A stretch of 64,000 nucleotides of DNA from assembly GCA_964016885.1 (NCBI GenBank), contig OZ024743.1:90954001-91018000 (forward strand). Direction: 5' to 3'. Of the stretch, positions 24,241-37,400 are shown piece by piece. Made by a program: the position numbers and the translations under genes. The notes under the pieces are model-generated. The model ran no database searches and was not told the DNA's origin. It saw only the letters and a program-made list of their open reading frames with translations. Source of the stretch: Eledone cirrhosa (taxonomy: Eukaryota). The first letter of the stretch is position 1, and every line of letters starts with the position of its first letter.

Positions 24241-26516
24241 TAGAGACCAAGAGGGAAGCTAGGCGACAAGTATACTTAGCTAGGAGGGAAGCAGAGGATA
24301 GAAAATTCAAGCATGTTTTGCAACATGAGGACCAGAAACAGGAGGTATTCAAGATTGCGAGGCAGTGTGTCAGAGATAATTGTGATGTCATTGGAGAGAA
24401 GTGTATCCGGAATGATAAAGGTGAGCTTGCCCTCACAAGTGATGAGAAGAAAGATGCATGGAAGAGTCATTATGATAGATTACTAAATGAGGAGAATGCA
24501 TGGGAAGAAGAGACCCTACCCCAAGTAGACCCTATAGAGGGACCAGCAGTACAAGTCAGCAGCAGCGTAGTAAGTAAGGCAATCAAAGATATGAAGATGG
24601 GGAAGGCAACCGGTCCATCGGGTATAGCTGCCGAGATGCTGAAGGCATCTGGGTCTGTAGGTCACACTATAACCACACGTATCGTTAACCAGGTAATACA
24701 AGAAGGTGCCATACCAAAAGATTGGTGCAGTAGCATCATTGTCAACTGCTACAAAGGTAAAGGCGATGCACTAGATAGAGGAAACTATAGAGGTATAAAG
24801 TTGATGGACCAGGTCATGAAAGTAACAGAAAAAGTTATAGCACAGCTGATTAGGGACCGGGTGAAAATAGACGAGATGCAATTTGGGTTTGTACCAGGAA
24901 GAGGCTCCACTGATGCCCTCTTCCTTGTGAGGCAGTTACAGGAAAAGTACCTAACTAAATGTAAGCCACTCTACTTGGCATTTGTCAACCTTGAGAAAGC
25001 CTTTGACAGAGTTCCACGTGCTGTAATCTGGTGGGCTCTTAGAAAACTAGGAGTAGATGAATGGCTTGTGAAAGCGGTACAAGCCATGTATAGGGGAGCA
25101 GTCAGCAAAGTTAGGATTAGCAATGAGTATAGCGAGGAATTTAGCGTACAGGTTGGGGTCCACCAGGGCTCTGTTCTTAGCCCTCTCCTGTTCATCATAG
25201 TCCTGCAGGCAATAACGGAGGAGTTTAAGCCCGGATGCCCATGGGAACTCCTGTATGCTGATGACCTCGCACTCATAGCTGAATCTATGGTAGAACTAGA
25301 GAAGAAATTCCAAACTTGGAAGCAGGGACTAGAAAGAAAGGGTCTCAAAGTCAACATGACAAAGACTAAGGTCCTTGTAAGTAGACGAGAAAACAGAACC
25401 CAGATCCTCTCAGGGAAATGGCCTTGCTCAGTATGTAGGAAAGGTGTAGGTAGGAACTCCATTCTCTGCCCCAAATGCAAACAATGGGTACACAAGAGAT
25501 GTAGCGGGATCTCAGGAAGCTTAATTAAGAATGTAGGCTTCACATGTAGCAGCTGTGCTGGGACAGCAAGCAGCAAACAGCCACAGGAAACAAGTACCAC
25601 CAATCTCTGGGAGGGCCCTGTAGAAACAGTAGACAGCTTCTGCTACCTAGGTGACCGAATTAGCAGCGGAGGTGGGTGTTCAGAAAGTACAATAACTAGG
25701 GTAAGAACGGGATGGCAGAAGTTTAGGGAACTACTACCACTGCTAGCTGCAAAAGGCTTCTCCCTCAGAATGAAAGGCAGACTGTATGATGCGTGTATCC
25801 AAACAGCGATGTTGCATGGTAGTGAGACCTGGGCGCTGAAGGTGGAAGACTTACGTAGATTAGAGAGAAACGAAGCCTGCATGCTCCAATGGATGTGTAA
25901 CAGTAATATACGTGAACAACAAAGCATAAATGAATTGAGAGAGAGACTGAGCATAAGAGGAATCAAATGCTGTGTGCAGGAGAGGCGGTTGCGCTGGTAT
26001 GGACATGTGATGCGTATGAAGGATGACAGCTGCATAAAAAGGTGCAGAGCACTAGAAGTTGATGGAAACCGCGGAGTGGGGAGACCCAAGATGACCTGGG
26101 ATGAGGTGATAAAAGCCGACCTTACCCAATTACACCTCTCAAAGACAATGACCGTGACTTCTGGCGTCACGCAGTAATACAGAGTACCCGACCTCCCATG
26201 GGTACAAGCTGAAGCATATAGACAATATGCCCCCCCCCCCCCACCGCAAGGTGGTCGTGGAGGTGTCACGGCAAAAAAGCACCCAGCCCACACTGTAAAG
26301 TGGACGTGTAGGCGCCACGAAAAAGCACCCAGCACTCACTGTAAATGAGGTTGGTGTTAGGAAGGGCATCCAGCTGTAGAAATCAAGCCAAATCAGTTCC
26401 TGTATGAGCAAGGCATGGTCAGCCGACCAGACACTGCCCACAACAGGACAACCCGTCTAACCCATGCTAGCGTGGAAGAACGGACGTAAAACGGTGATGA
26501 TGATGATGATGATGAT
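24241..26516 (+). mobile_element. Young 5'-truncated RTE-clade LINE (open RT frame, no endonuclease domain)
   Basis: ORF 24213-26177 has NYRGIKL, QFGF, FVNLEKAFD, QGSVLSP, YADD, a C4HC3 finger, HGSETW, RLRWYGHVMR and GRPK.TW. The 3' UTR ends in (gat)n. Confidence 0.95.
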
Positions 26517-26989
26517 CCAGATGTAGATATTTAGCCAGAAACAGAGTGAGACACGGTCACCCTACCCAACTTGCCTCTAATGAGACAAACCTGTCTAACC
26601 CATGCTAGTATGGAAAATAGATATTAAACGATAATGATGATGATGATGGTTTCCTGCTGAAAACAGTAAACTGTCCACATTGCCATACCAAATGTGTATA
26701 TCAAAAGCAGCAACATTTATGGCGGTGATCATATCACAGCTTAAAATATTTATAGTGAGACTCTTGACTGTTTATTGGACATAAACAGTCTTATTATCAC
26801 CCACGCTATGTTAGTGCTATGGCTAATTAAACATCTCGAATTCAACAAATATTTGAGTAGTAACTCATATTTTTATTGAAAAAATAAACAAATCCAGGAA
26901 TTAAAACACCGAACAGCATGATTAACAAAATTGGAAAACAGTAAATTTATTAAAATATTAAAGATGAAAATTTTAACACTAGAAATAAT

Positions 26990-27086
26990 TTAAGTTATAT
27001 CAACTTGTTCGTTTGAAGAAGTAAAACTTGGTAGATCGTTATTTTTAGATATCATTTTCACATCTTCATCTTTACATGGTTCAGAT
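26990..27086 (-). CDS. SLC22-family transporter, probable terminal coding exon
   Basis: Acceptor tttctttctag|A gives a phase-2-compatible frame (R)SEPCKDEDVKMISKNNDLPSFTSSNEQVDIT*. Supported by splice signal and phase only; no conserved motif. Confidence 0.55.
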
Positions 27087-27139
27087 CTAGAAAGAAATTT
27101 AACAAAAAATAGTAATTGCAATAGCCATAAAATTTTCAA

Positions 27140-27868
27140 CAATAAAAGCACCCAGACCACACAGTAAAGTGGTCATGTAGGTGTCACAACAAAAAGCATC
27201 CATTCCACACAGTAAAGTGGTTTAGTAGGTGTCATGATAAAAAGTACCTAGTCCACACTGTAAAATGGTCGTATAGGTGTCACGACAAAAAGTACCCAAC
27301 CACACTGTGAAGTGGTTGAGTAGGTGTCACAACAAAAAGAACCCAGCCCACACTGTAAAGTGGTCATGTAAGTGTCATGACAAAAAGCACCCACTTACAC
27401 ACTGTAAAGTTGTTGTATAGGTGTCATGACAAAAAGCACCCAGTCCACACTGTAAAGTTGTTGTGTAGGTGTCACGACAAAAAGCACCCAGCCCACACTG
27501 TAAAGTTGTCGTGTAGGTGTCACGACAAAAAGCACCCAGCCCACACTGTAAAGTTGTCATGTAGGTGTCACGACAAAAAGCACCCAGCCCACACTGTAAA
27601 GTTGTCGTGTAGGTGTCACGACAAAAAGCACCCAGCCCACACTGTAAAGTTGTCGTGTAGGTGTCACGACAAAAAGCCCCCAGTACTCACTGTAAATGTG
27701 GTTGGTGTTAGGAAGGGCATCCAGCTGTAGAAATCAATCCAGAAACAGTTCTGTGTGAGCAAGACACGGGCACCTGACCCAACTTGCCTCAAATGGGACA
27801 ACTCGTCTAACAAATGCTAATGTGGAAAAATGGACATTAAACAGTGATGATGATGATGATGATGATGA
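27140..27868 (+). mobile_element. RTE 3'-end-related element containing a 51-bp tandem array (~11 copies)
   Basis: Unit aaaaagcacccagcccacactgtaaagttgtcgtgtaggtgtcacgac, then ggttggtgttaggaagggcatccagctgtagaa...(gat)n as in the RTE tails. Confidence 0.85.
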
Positions 27869-27961
27869 TAGACATACATTATGTGGAAAACGGATGTATG
27901 GTGATGTTGAAACATAGAAATATAATATTTACTCTAAACAACAGATGAAAGACTATTTTAC

Positions 27962-28162
27962 CTGATATGTTTTGTACTTTCATTTATGGTATCAGGCATT
28001 ACTCTGTCTTTGGTCTCAAATAGTAAAAGACTTAGACTTCCTGATGTTATTGACAAAAGACCAAGAACAATCAAAGGCCAAGGACCTGGAAATTCTAGAA
28101 TATATGGAGATATTGCTCCACCGATGCTGGCAAATATACTTGATGTTCCTAGTGCAATATTT
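27962..28162 (-). CDS. SLC22-family transporter, exon (approx. TM11-TM12)
   Basis: Encodes (R)NIALGTSSIFASIGGAISPYILEFPGPWPLIVLGLLSITSGSLSLLLFETKDRVMPDTINE..., matching the LPETK..LPDT-type motif. Acceptor tatttcag. Ends AG|gtaaaat; if unspliced, a TAA follows at 27960-27958. Confidence 0.9.
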
Positions 28163-28225
28163 CTGAAATAAAATAAGAATATAAAAGTTTTACAAAGTGT
28201 TGAGCAAATTTGAAAGTGTCCATCT

Positions 28226-28420
28226 CTTACCTTATTGTACAATACTTAAGACACCCCAACAGTTCCCCCTTACCTTATTGTACAATACTTAAGACACCCC
28301 AACAGTTCCCCATTACCTTATTGTATAATACTTAAGACACCCCAACTGCTCCCCCTTACCTTATTGTCCAATACACTATACACAGTCCCTCTCCCTTACC
28401 TTATTGTCCAATGAACTATA
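28226..28420 (+). repeat. ~44-bp intronic tandem repeat, ~4 copies
   Basis: Unit ttaccttattgtacaatacttaagacaccccaacagttcccc. Confidence 0.85.
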
Positions 28421-28647
28421 GATGTTTACCCATTGGGTCAACCCAAGCATTGTAAAAGCCTATTAGATAGTCCCAAAGGCAGAGTTAAGTATTTTCATAT
28501 CAAATGGGTTAAAATAAACAGCTTTGTATCATAGAACCAGGAGCAGGTTTAGGTAGTTTTATCTCAAATAGGTTAAAATAAACAGCTTTCTAAAAAAGAA
28601 AACAGGAGCAAGTTTAGGCAGTTTGGTATCAAAAGAGTTAAAATTAC

Positions 28648-28756
28648 CTCACAGTGGTTGGGAATAATTCAGCACTGTAAATGTACACAATACCAAAAGC
28701 TGCGGTAGAACCAAACTTTCCAACAGTTGCAAGAGTTTGCTTCAACCAATGTAGAT
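28648..28756 (-). CDS. SLC22-family transporter, exon (approx. TM10; ELFPT motif)
   Basis: Not in the ORF track; translated by hand as (H)[35 protein letters not shown](R). The ELFPTxxR motif is typical of SLC22. Acceptor tttcag, donor AG|gtaatt. Length 109 bp; phases match both neighbours. Confidence 0.92.
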
Positions 28757-29059
28757 CTGAAATATAAAGAAATTTCAGTTTCAATTCACTTAAATTATAG
28801 TAGCCTTTTGTTAAAAAAAATGTAAATAGTGGTATAGGTTTGGCTGTGTGGTCCAGGGGTTTACATCACAAACATGTATCTCTTGGTTCAGTCCCACTGT
28901 GTGGTACCTTGAGCAAGTGTCATCTACTAATGCCTTGTGAGTGGAATTTGGTAGTCAGAAACTGCAGCAGTTCATCATATATATATATATATATATATAT
29001 CAAAAGATATCAATATATAATTCATAATCATGTGGCCCTCTCTGTCTGTCTGTATGTAT

Positions 29060-29505
<446 letters not shown>

Positions 29506-29541
29506 TAAATTGTTTAAACAATAGTTTTTCCTATGACTTAC

Positions 29542-29756
29542 GTTGAGGCATAAGACTGCTAGCAATACATGTAACACCACCAAGAACCATGAAAAAACAG
29601 AGGATCTTCTTCCTTCCCATTTTTGATAACATGGGGATACACAAGAGATAAGCTGGTATTTCCACGAGGACAGACAAACTGAAGTTCAGGTATATATTGC
29701 CAGCAAAATTCACAGAGTTTATCGACAAGCCATAATAAAGCAAGCCATTGACAAGC
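29542..29756 (-). CDS. SLC22-family transporter, exon (approx. TM7-TM9)
   Basis: Encodes (W)LVNGLLYYGLSINSVNFAGNIYLNFSLSVLVEIPAYLLCIPMLSKMGRKKIL..., with typical SLC22 YYGL, EIPA and GRK motifs. Acceptor tttcag|G completes the split Trp codon from the previous exon; donor C|gtaagt. Length 215 bp. Confidence 0.92.
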
Positions 29757-29929
29757 CTGAAAAATAAAGTAAATAAAGTAATAATAATGAAAATTATTGT
29801 GTACAGTGCTCAGGTGCACTACAACTCGTCAAAGGTGCAAGTATAGTACATAGAATAATGTAAAAAAGTTAGGAAAATGAACAGTATATGAATCATGATA
29901 TATACACACACATGTGTGCGTGTGTATGG

Positions 29930-30470
29930 AGGGGGGATATCAGGTGTAGTGTTGGCGAATTTTGGGAAGCATGGAAGTTCTGAAAGATGCAGTGTCTTGA
30001 CAGCTAACAACTGATGCAGGTAGTTTGTTCATTGCTTTAGCAACTCTGAGCATGGAAAAATGTTTCCGAAAGTCACAGGAGCTGTACTGTTTTCTGATTT
30101 TGTAAGCTTGTCCATAGGTGTTAGACACATGGAATTCAAAAAGGTGCCTAGATTTGTTGGAAAGATGGTGAATAATGTTGTGAATGTCTACCAAGTCAGT
30201 TGCCAGATCTCGGAGCTTTAATGTATCCATACTTAGGGAAGCAAGGTGTTCAGAATATTTGTAGATGGAGAGTATTTGTTTGGTTGCACACCTCTGAACA
30301 CTTTCCAGGAGATCAATATTCTGAAAAAGATAAGGGTTCCAGACTGCTGATGTAAATTCTAATTGTGGGCGCACCATAGCTTTATACAGCTTTAAATAGA
30401 TAGCTGGAGAGCGGCTGACAAAGGTCTTACTGAGGAGTGCTAGAACACCCTTGGCCTTCTGGAAAATTTT
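29930..30470 (-). mobile_element. CR1-group LINE 3' fragment
   Basis: LYKAMVRPQLEFTSAVWNPY...LLESVQRCATK...RKHFSMLRVAKAMNKLP, typical of a CR1-like ORF2 C-terminus. Confidence 0.85.
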
Positions 30471-30518
30471 GTATGCTTCATTAACTACTGGGACTACATT
30501 ATTTTTTAATATGTTTAG

Positions 30519-30712
30519 GGTGGTGGATTGGCAGTATTGGTAGAGGGTCGGACACCATGCTTTGCAGCGAAGAGTTACGGCTCTTTATGGTCTGAGTTCA
30601 AATCCCGCCAAGGTTAATTTTGCCTTTCATCCTTACGGGGTCAATAAAATAAAGTACCAGTAATACACTGGGATAATTGCTGGCCTTGTGCCAAAAGTAA
30701 AAACAATTATTT
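30519..30712 (+). mobile_element. tRNA-derived SINE family A
   Basis: Full-length match to the 921-1110 consensus. Confidence 0.88.
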
Positions 30713-31024
30713 TTTAATATGTTACAATGTAATATAAGTGTAAAACTGAGCCAAGGATTTAGGGCTCATCTCCTGTCACTCTATTGCATGTAGCTGTTTA
30801 TGGTTGTAAGCATAGATGAATGGTTAAGGAGTTTGCCTGATACAGTTATGTATCTGCTATGACACCCTGTTGCAAACTATTCTCCAGGGCACTGTTGAAG
30901 GAGGGCAAAGAAGAGGCAGACAGAAAAATCCAACATCAAGGACTGGACAGGTCAAACACTGATTCTTTTGCCTATGATAGAGAAGGGAGACCAGTGGCTA
31001 ATTATAAAGATGTTGATGTCAAAA

Positions 31025-31216
31025 ATAATTGTTTCTACTTTTGGCACAAGGCCAGCAATTACCCAGTGCATTACTGGTACTTTATTTTATCGACCCCATA
31101 AGGATGAAAGACAGAGTTAACCTCGGTGGGATTCGAACTCAGAATGGCAAGGGCTGTAACACTATGTGTCAAAGCATGGCGTCCGACCCTCTACCGATAC
31201 TGCCAATCCACCACCC
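31025..31216 (-). mobile_element. tRNA-derived SINE family A
   Basis: Reverse-complement copy that forms an inverted pair with 30519-30712. Confidence 0.88.
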
Positions 31217-31449
31217 TTGATGTCAATAATAATGATAATTATCATCACCATCATCATCACTGTTCTTACATTCAATTTTCCATGCTGGCATTGATAGGCT
31301 GGAATAGCTTAAGACAATGTTTCACAGCCAGATGTCCTTCCTGATGCCAACCCTTTTTAGACACCTCTTACAACATGTAGGGATATGGTGTACTAATTCC
31401 AGAAATTGAGATATACATGACAGTATGTGATGCAATGGTTTGGGGTCAG

Positions 31450-34400
31450 AACACACACAGCATAACTGGGATACACACAGCATTACTAGGATACACATGA
31501 CATAGCCAGGACACACATAGCTTAACTGGAATACACACAGCATTACAAGCATACACATGACATAACTGGAATACACACGGCCTTGCCTTACTAAGATACA
31601 CACAGCATTACAAGTATACACAACATAACTGGAATACACACAGCATTACTAGGATACATGGCATAACCAGGACACACATAGCTTAACTAGCATACACATG
31701 GCATTACTAGGATACACATAGCTTAACTAGCATACACATGGCATTACTAGGATACACATAGCTTAACTAGCATACACATGGCATAACCAAGACACACATA
31801 GCTTAACAAGCATACACATGGCATTACTAGGATACACATAGCTTAACTAGCATACACATAGCATTACTAGGATACACATAGCTTAACTAGCATACACATG
31901 GCATTACTAGGATACACATAGTTTAACTAGCATGCACATAGCATTACTAGGATACACATAGCTTAACTAGCATACACATAGCATTACTAGGACACACATA
32001 GCTTAACTAGCATACACATGGCATTGCTAGGATACACATAGCTTAACTAGCATACACATGGCATTACTAGGATACACATAGCTTAACTAGCATACACATA
32101 GCATTACTAGGACACACATAGCTTAACTAGCATACACATGGCATTACTAGGATACACATAGCTTAACTAGCATACACATAGCATTACTAGGATACACATA
32201 GCTTAACTAGCATACACATAGCATTACTAGGACACACATAGCTTAACTAGCATACACATGGCATTACTAGGATACACATAGCTTAACTAGCATACACATG
32301 GCATTACTAGGATACACATAGCTTAACTAGCATACACATGGCATTACTAGGATACACAGAGTTTAACTAGCATACACATGGTATTACTAGGATACACATA
32401 GTTTAACTAGCATACACATGGCATTACTAGGATACACATAGCTTAACTAGCATACACATGGCATTATGAGGATACACATAGCTTAACTAGCATACACATG
32501 GCATTACTAGGATACACATAGTTTAACTAGCATACACATGGCATTACTAGGATACACATAGTTTAACTAGCATACACATGGCATTACTAGGATACACATA
32601 GCTTAACTAGCATACACATGGCATTACTAGGATACACATAGCTTAACTAGCATACACATGGCATTATGAGGATACACATAGCTTAACTAGCATACACATG
32701 GCATTACTAGGATACACATAGTTTAACTAGCATACACATGGCATTACTAGGATACACATAGTTTAACTAGCATACACATGGCATTACTAGGATACACATA
32801 GTTTAACTAGCATACACATGGCATTACTAGGATACACATAGTTTAACTAGCATACACATGGCATTACTAGGATACATAGTTTAACTAGCATACACATGCC
32901 ATAACCAGGACACACATAGCTTAACTAGCATACACATGGCATTACTAGGATACACATAGCTTAACTAGCATACACATGGCATTACTAGGATACACATAGC
33001 TTAACTAGCATACACATGGCATTACTAGGATACACATAGCTTAACTAGCATACACATGGCATTATGAGGATACACATAGCTTAACTAGCATACACATGGC
33101 ATTACTAGGATACACATAGTTTAACTAGCATACACATGGCATTACTAGGATACACATAGTTTAACTAGCATACACATGGCATTACTAGGATACATAGTTT
33201 AACTAGCATACACATGCCATAACCAGGACACACATAGCTTAACTAGCATACACATGGCATTACTAGGATACACATAGCTTAACTAGCATACACATAGCAT
33301 TACTAGGATACACATAGCTTAACTAGCATACACATAGCATTACTAGGATACACATAGCTTAACTAGCATACACATGGCATTACTAGGGTACACATAGCTT
33401 AACTAGCATACACATGGCATTACTAGGATACACATAGCTTAACTAGCATACACATGGCATTACTAGGATACACATAGTTTAACTAGCATACACATGCCAT
33501 AACCAGGACACACATAGCTTAACTAGCATACACATGGCATTACTAGGATACACATAGCTTAACTAGCATACACATGGCATTACTAGGATACACATAGCTT
33601 AACTAGCATACACATGGTATTACTAGGGTACACATAGTTTAACTAGCATACACATGGCATTACTAGGATACACATAGTTTAACTAGCATACACATGGCAT
33701 AACCAGGACACACATAGCTTAACTAGCATACACATGGTATTACTAGGATACACATAGCTTAACTAGCATACACATGGCATTACTAGGATACACATAGCTT
33801 AACTAGCATACACATAGCATTACTAGGATACACATAGCTTAACTAGCATACACATGGCATTACTAGGATACACATAGTTTAACTAGCATACACATGGCAT
33901 TACTAGGATACATATAGTTTAACTAGCATACACATGGCATTACTAGGATACACATAGCTTAACTAGCATACACATGGCATTACTAGGATACACATAGTTT
34001 AACTAGCATACACATGGCATTACTAGGATATACATAGCTTAACTAGCATACACATGGCATTACTAGGATACACATAGCTTAACTAGCATACACATGGCAT
34101 TACAAGGATACACATAGCTTAACTAGCATACACATGGCATTACTAGGATACACATAGTTTAACTAGCATACACATGGTATTACTAGGGTACACATAGTTT
34201 AACTAGCATACACATGGCATTACTAGGGTACACATAGTTTAACTAGCATACACATGGCATTACTAGGATACACATAGCTTAACTAGCATACACATGGCAT
34301 TACTAGGATACACATAGTTTAACTAGCATACACATGGCATTACTAGGATAGATATAGCTTAACTAGCATACACATGGCATTACTAGGATACACATAGCTT

Positions 34401-37400
34401 AACTAGCATACACATGGCATTACTAGGATACACATAGCTTAACTAGCATACACATGGCATTACTAGGATACACATAGTTTAACTAGCATACACATGGTAT
34501 TACTAGAGTACACATAGTTTAACTAGCATACACATGGCATTACTAGGGTACACATAGTTTAACTAGCATACACATGGTATTACTAGGGTACACATAGTTT
34601 AACTAGCATACACATGGCATTACTAGGATACACATAGCTTAACTAGCATACACATGGCATTACTAGGATACACATAGCTTAACTAGCATACACATGGCAT
34701 TACTAGGATACACATAGTTTAACTAGCATACACATGGTATTACTAGGATACACATAGCTTAACTAGCATTCACATGGTATTACTAGGATACACATAGCTT
34801 AGCTAGCATACACATGGCATTACTAGGATACACATAGCTTAACTAGCATACACATGGCATTACTAGGGTACACATAGCTTAACTAGCATACACATGGTAT
34901 TACTAGGATACACATAGCTTAACTAGCATACACATGGCATTACTAGGATACACATAGCTTAACTAGCATACACATGGCATTACTAGGATACACATAGCTT
35001 AACTAGCATACACATGGCATTACTAGGATACACATAGTTTAACTAGCATACACATGGTATTACTAGGATACACATAGCTTAACTAGCATACACATGGTAT
35101 TACTAGGATACACATAGCTTAACTAGCATACACATGGCATTACTAGGATACACATAGCTTAACTAGCATACACATGGCATTACTAGGATACACATAGTTT
35201 AACTAGCATACACATGGCATCATGAGGATACACATAGCTTAACTAGCATACACATGGTATTACTAGGATACACATAGCTTAACTAGCATACACATGGCAT
35301 TACTAGGATACACATAGTTTAACTAGCATACACATGGTATTACTAGGATACACATAGCTTAACTAGCATACACATGGCATTACTAGGATACACATAGTTT
35401 AACTAGCATACACATGGTATTACTAGGGTACACATAGTTTAACTAGCATACACATGGTATTACTAGGGTACACATAGCTTAACTAGCATACACATGGCAT
35501 TACTAGGGTACACATAGTTTAACTAGCATACACATGGTATTACTAGGATACACATAGCTTAACTAGCATACACATGGCATTACTAGGATACACATAGCTT
35601 AACTAGCATACACATGGCATTACTAGGATACACATAGCTTAACTAGCATACACATGGCATTACTAGGGTACACATAGCTTAACTAGCATACACATGGCAT
35701 TACTAGGATACACACAGCTTAACTAGCATACACATGGTATTACTAGGATACACATAGCTTAACTAGCATACACATGGCATTACTAGGATAAACATAGCTT
35801 AACTAGCATACACATGGCATTACTAGGATACACATAGCTTAACTAGCATACACATGGCATTACTAGGATACACATAGTTTAACTAGCATACACATGGTAT
35901 TACTAGGATACACGTAGCTTAACTAGCATACACATGGTATTACTAGGATACACATAGCTTAACTAGCATACACATGGCATTACTAGGATACACATAGCTT
36001 AACTAGCATACACATGGCATTACTAGGATACACATAGTTTAACTAGCATACACATGGTATTACTAGGGTACACATAGTTTAACTAGCATACACATGGCAT
36101 TACTAGGATACACAGTTTAACTAGCATACACATGGCATTACTAGGGTACACATAGCTTAACTAGCATACACATGGCATTACTAGGATACACATAGCTTAA
36201 CTAGCATACACATGGCATTACTAGGATACACATAGCTTAACTAGCATACACATGGTATTACTAGGATACACATAGCTTAACTAGCATACACATGGCATTA
36301 CTAGGATACACATACCTTAACTAGCATACACATGGCATTACTAGGATACACATAGCTTAACTAGCATACACATGGCATTACTAGGATACACATAGCTTAA
36401 CTAGCATACACATGGCATTACTAGGATACACATAGCTTAACTAGCATACACATGGCATTACTAGGATACACATCGCTTAACTAGCATACACATGGCATTA
36501 CTAGGATACACATAGCTTAACTAGCATACACATGGCATTACTAGGATACACATAGCTTAACTAGCATACACATGGCATTACTAGGATACACATAGCTTAA
36601 CTAGCATACACATGGCATTACTAGGATACACATAGCTTAACTAGCATACACATGGCATTACTAGGATACATATAGTTTAACTAGCATACACATGGCATTA
36701 CTAGGATACACATAGCTTAACTAGCATACACATGGCATTACTAGGATACATATAGTTTAACTAGCATACACATGGCATTACTAGGATACACATAGCTTAA
36801 CTAGCATACACATGGCATTACTAGGATACACATAGCTTAACTAGCATACACATGGCATTACTAGGATACACATAGCTTAACTAGCATACACATGGCATTA
36901 CTAGGATACATATAGTTTAACTAGCATACACATGGCATTACTAGGATATACATAGCTTAACTAGCATACACATGGCATTACTAGGATACATATAGTTTAA
37001 CTAGCATACACATGGCATTACTAGGATACACATAGCTTAACTAGCATACACATGGCATTACTAGGATACATATAGTTTAACTAGCATACACATGGCATTA
37101 CTAGGATACACATAGCTTAACTAGCATACACATGGCATTACTAGGATACACATAGCTTAACTAGCATACACATGGCATTACTAGGATACACATAGTTTAA
37201 CTAGCATACACATGGTATTACTAGGATACACATAGCTTAACTAGCATACACATGGTATTACTAGGATACACATAGCTTAACTAGCATACACATGGCATTA
37301 CTAGGATACACATAGCTTAACTAGCATACACATGGCATTACTAGGATACACATAGTTTAACTAGCATACACATGGCATTATGAGGATACACATAGCTTAA

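Noticed and set aside
24213-26177. 654-aa ORF as a host or domesticated gene
   Set aside because: It is a 5'-truncated RTE ORF with its own 3' UTR and (GAT)n tail; the start codon comes from a flanking repeat.
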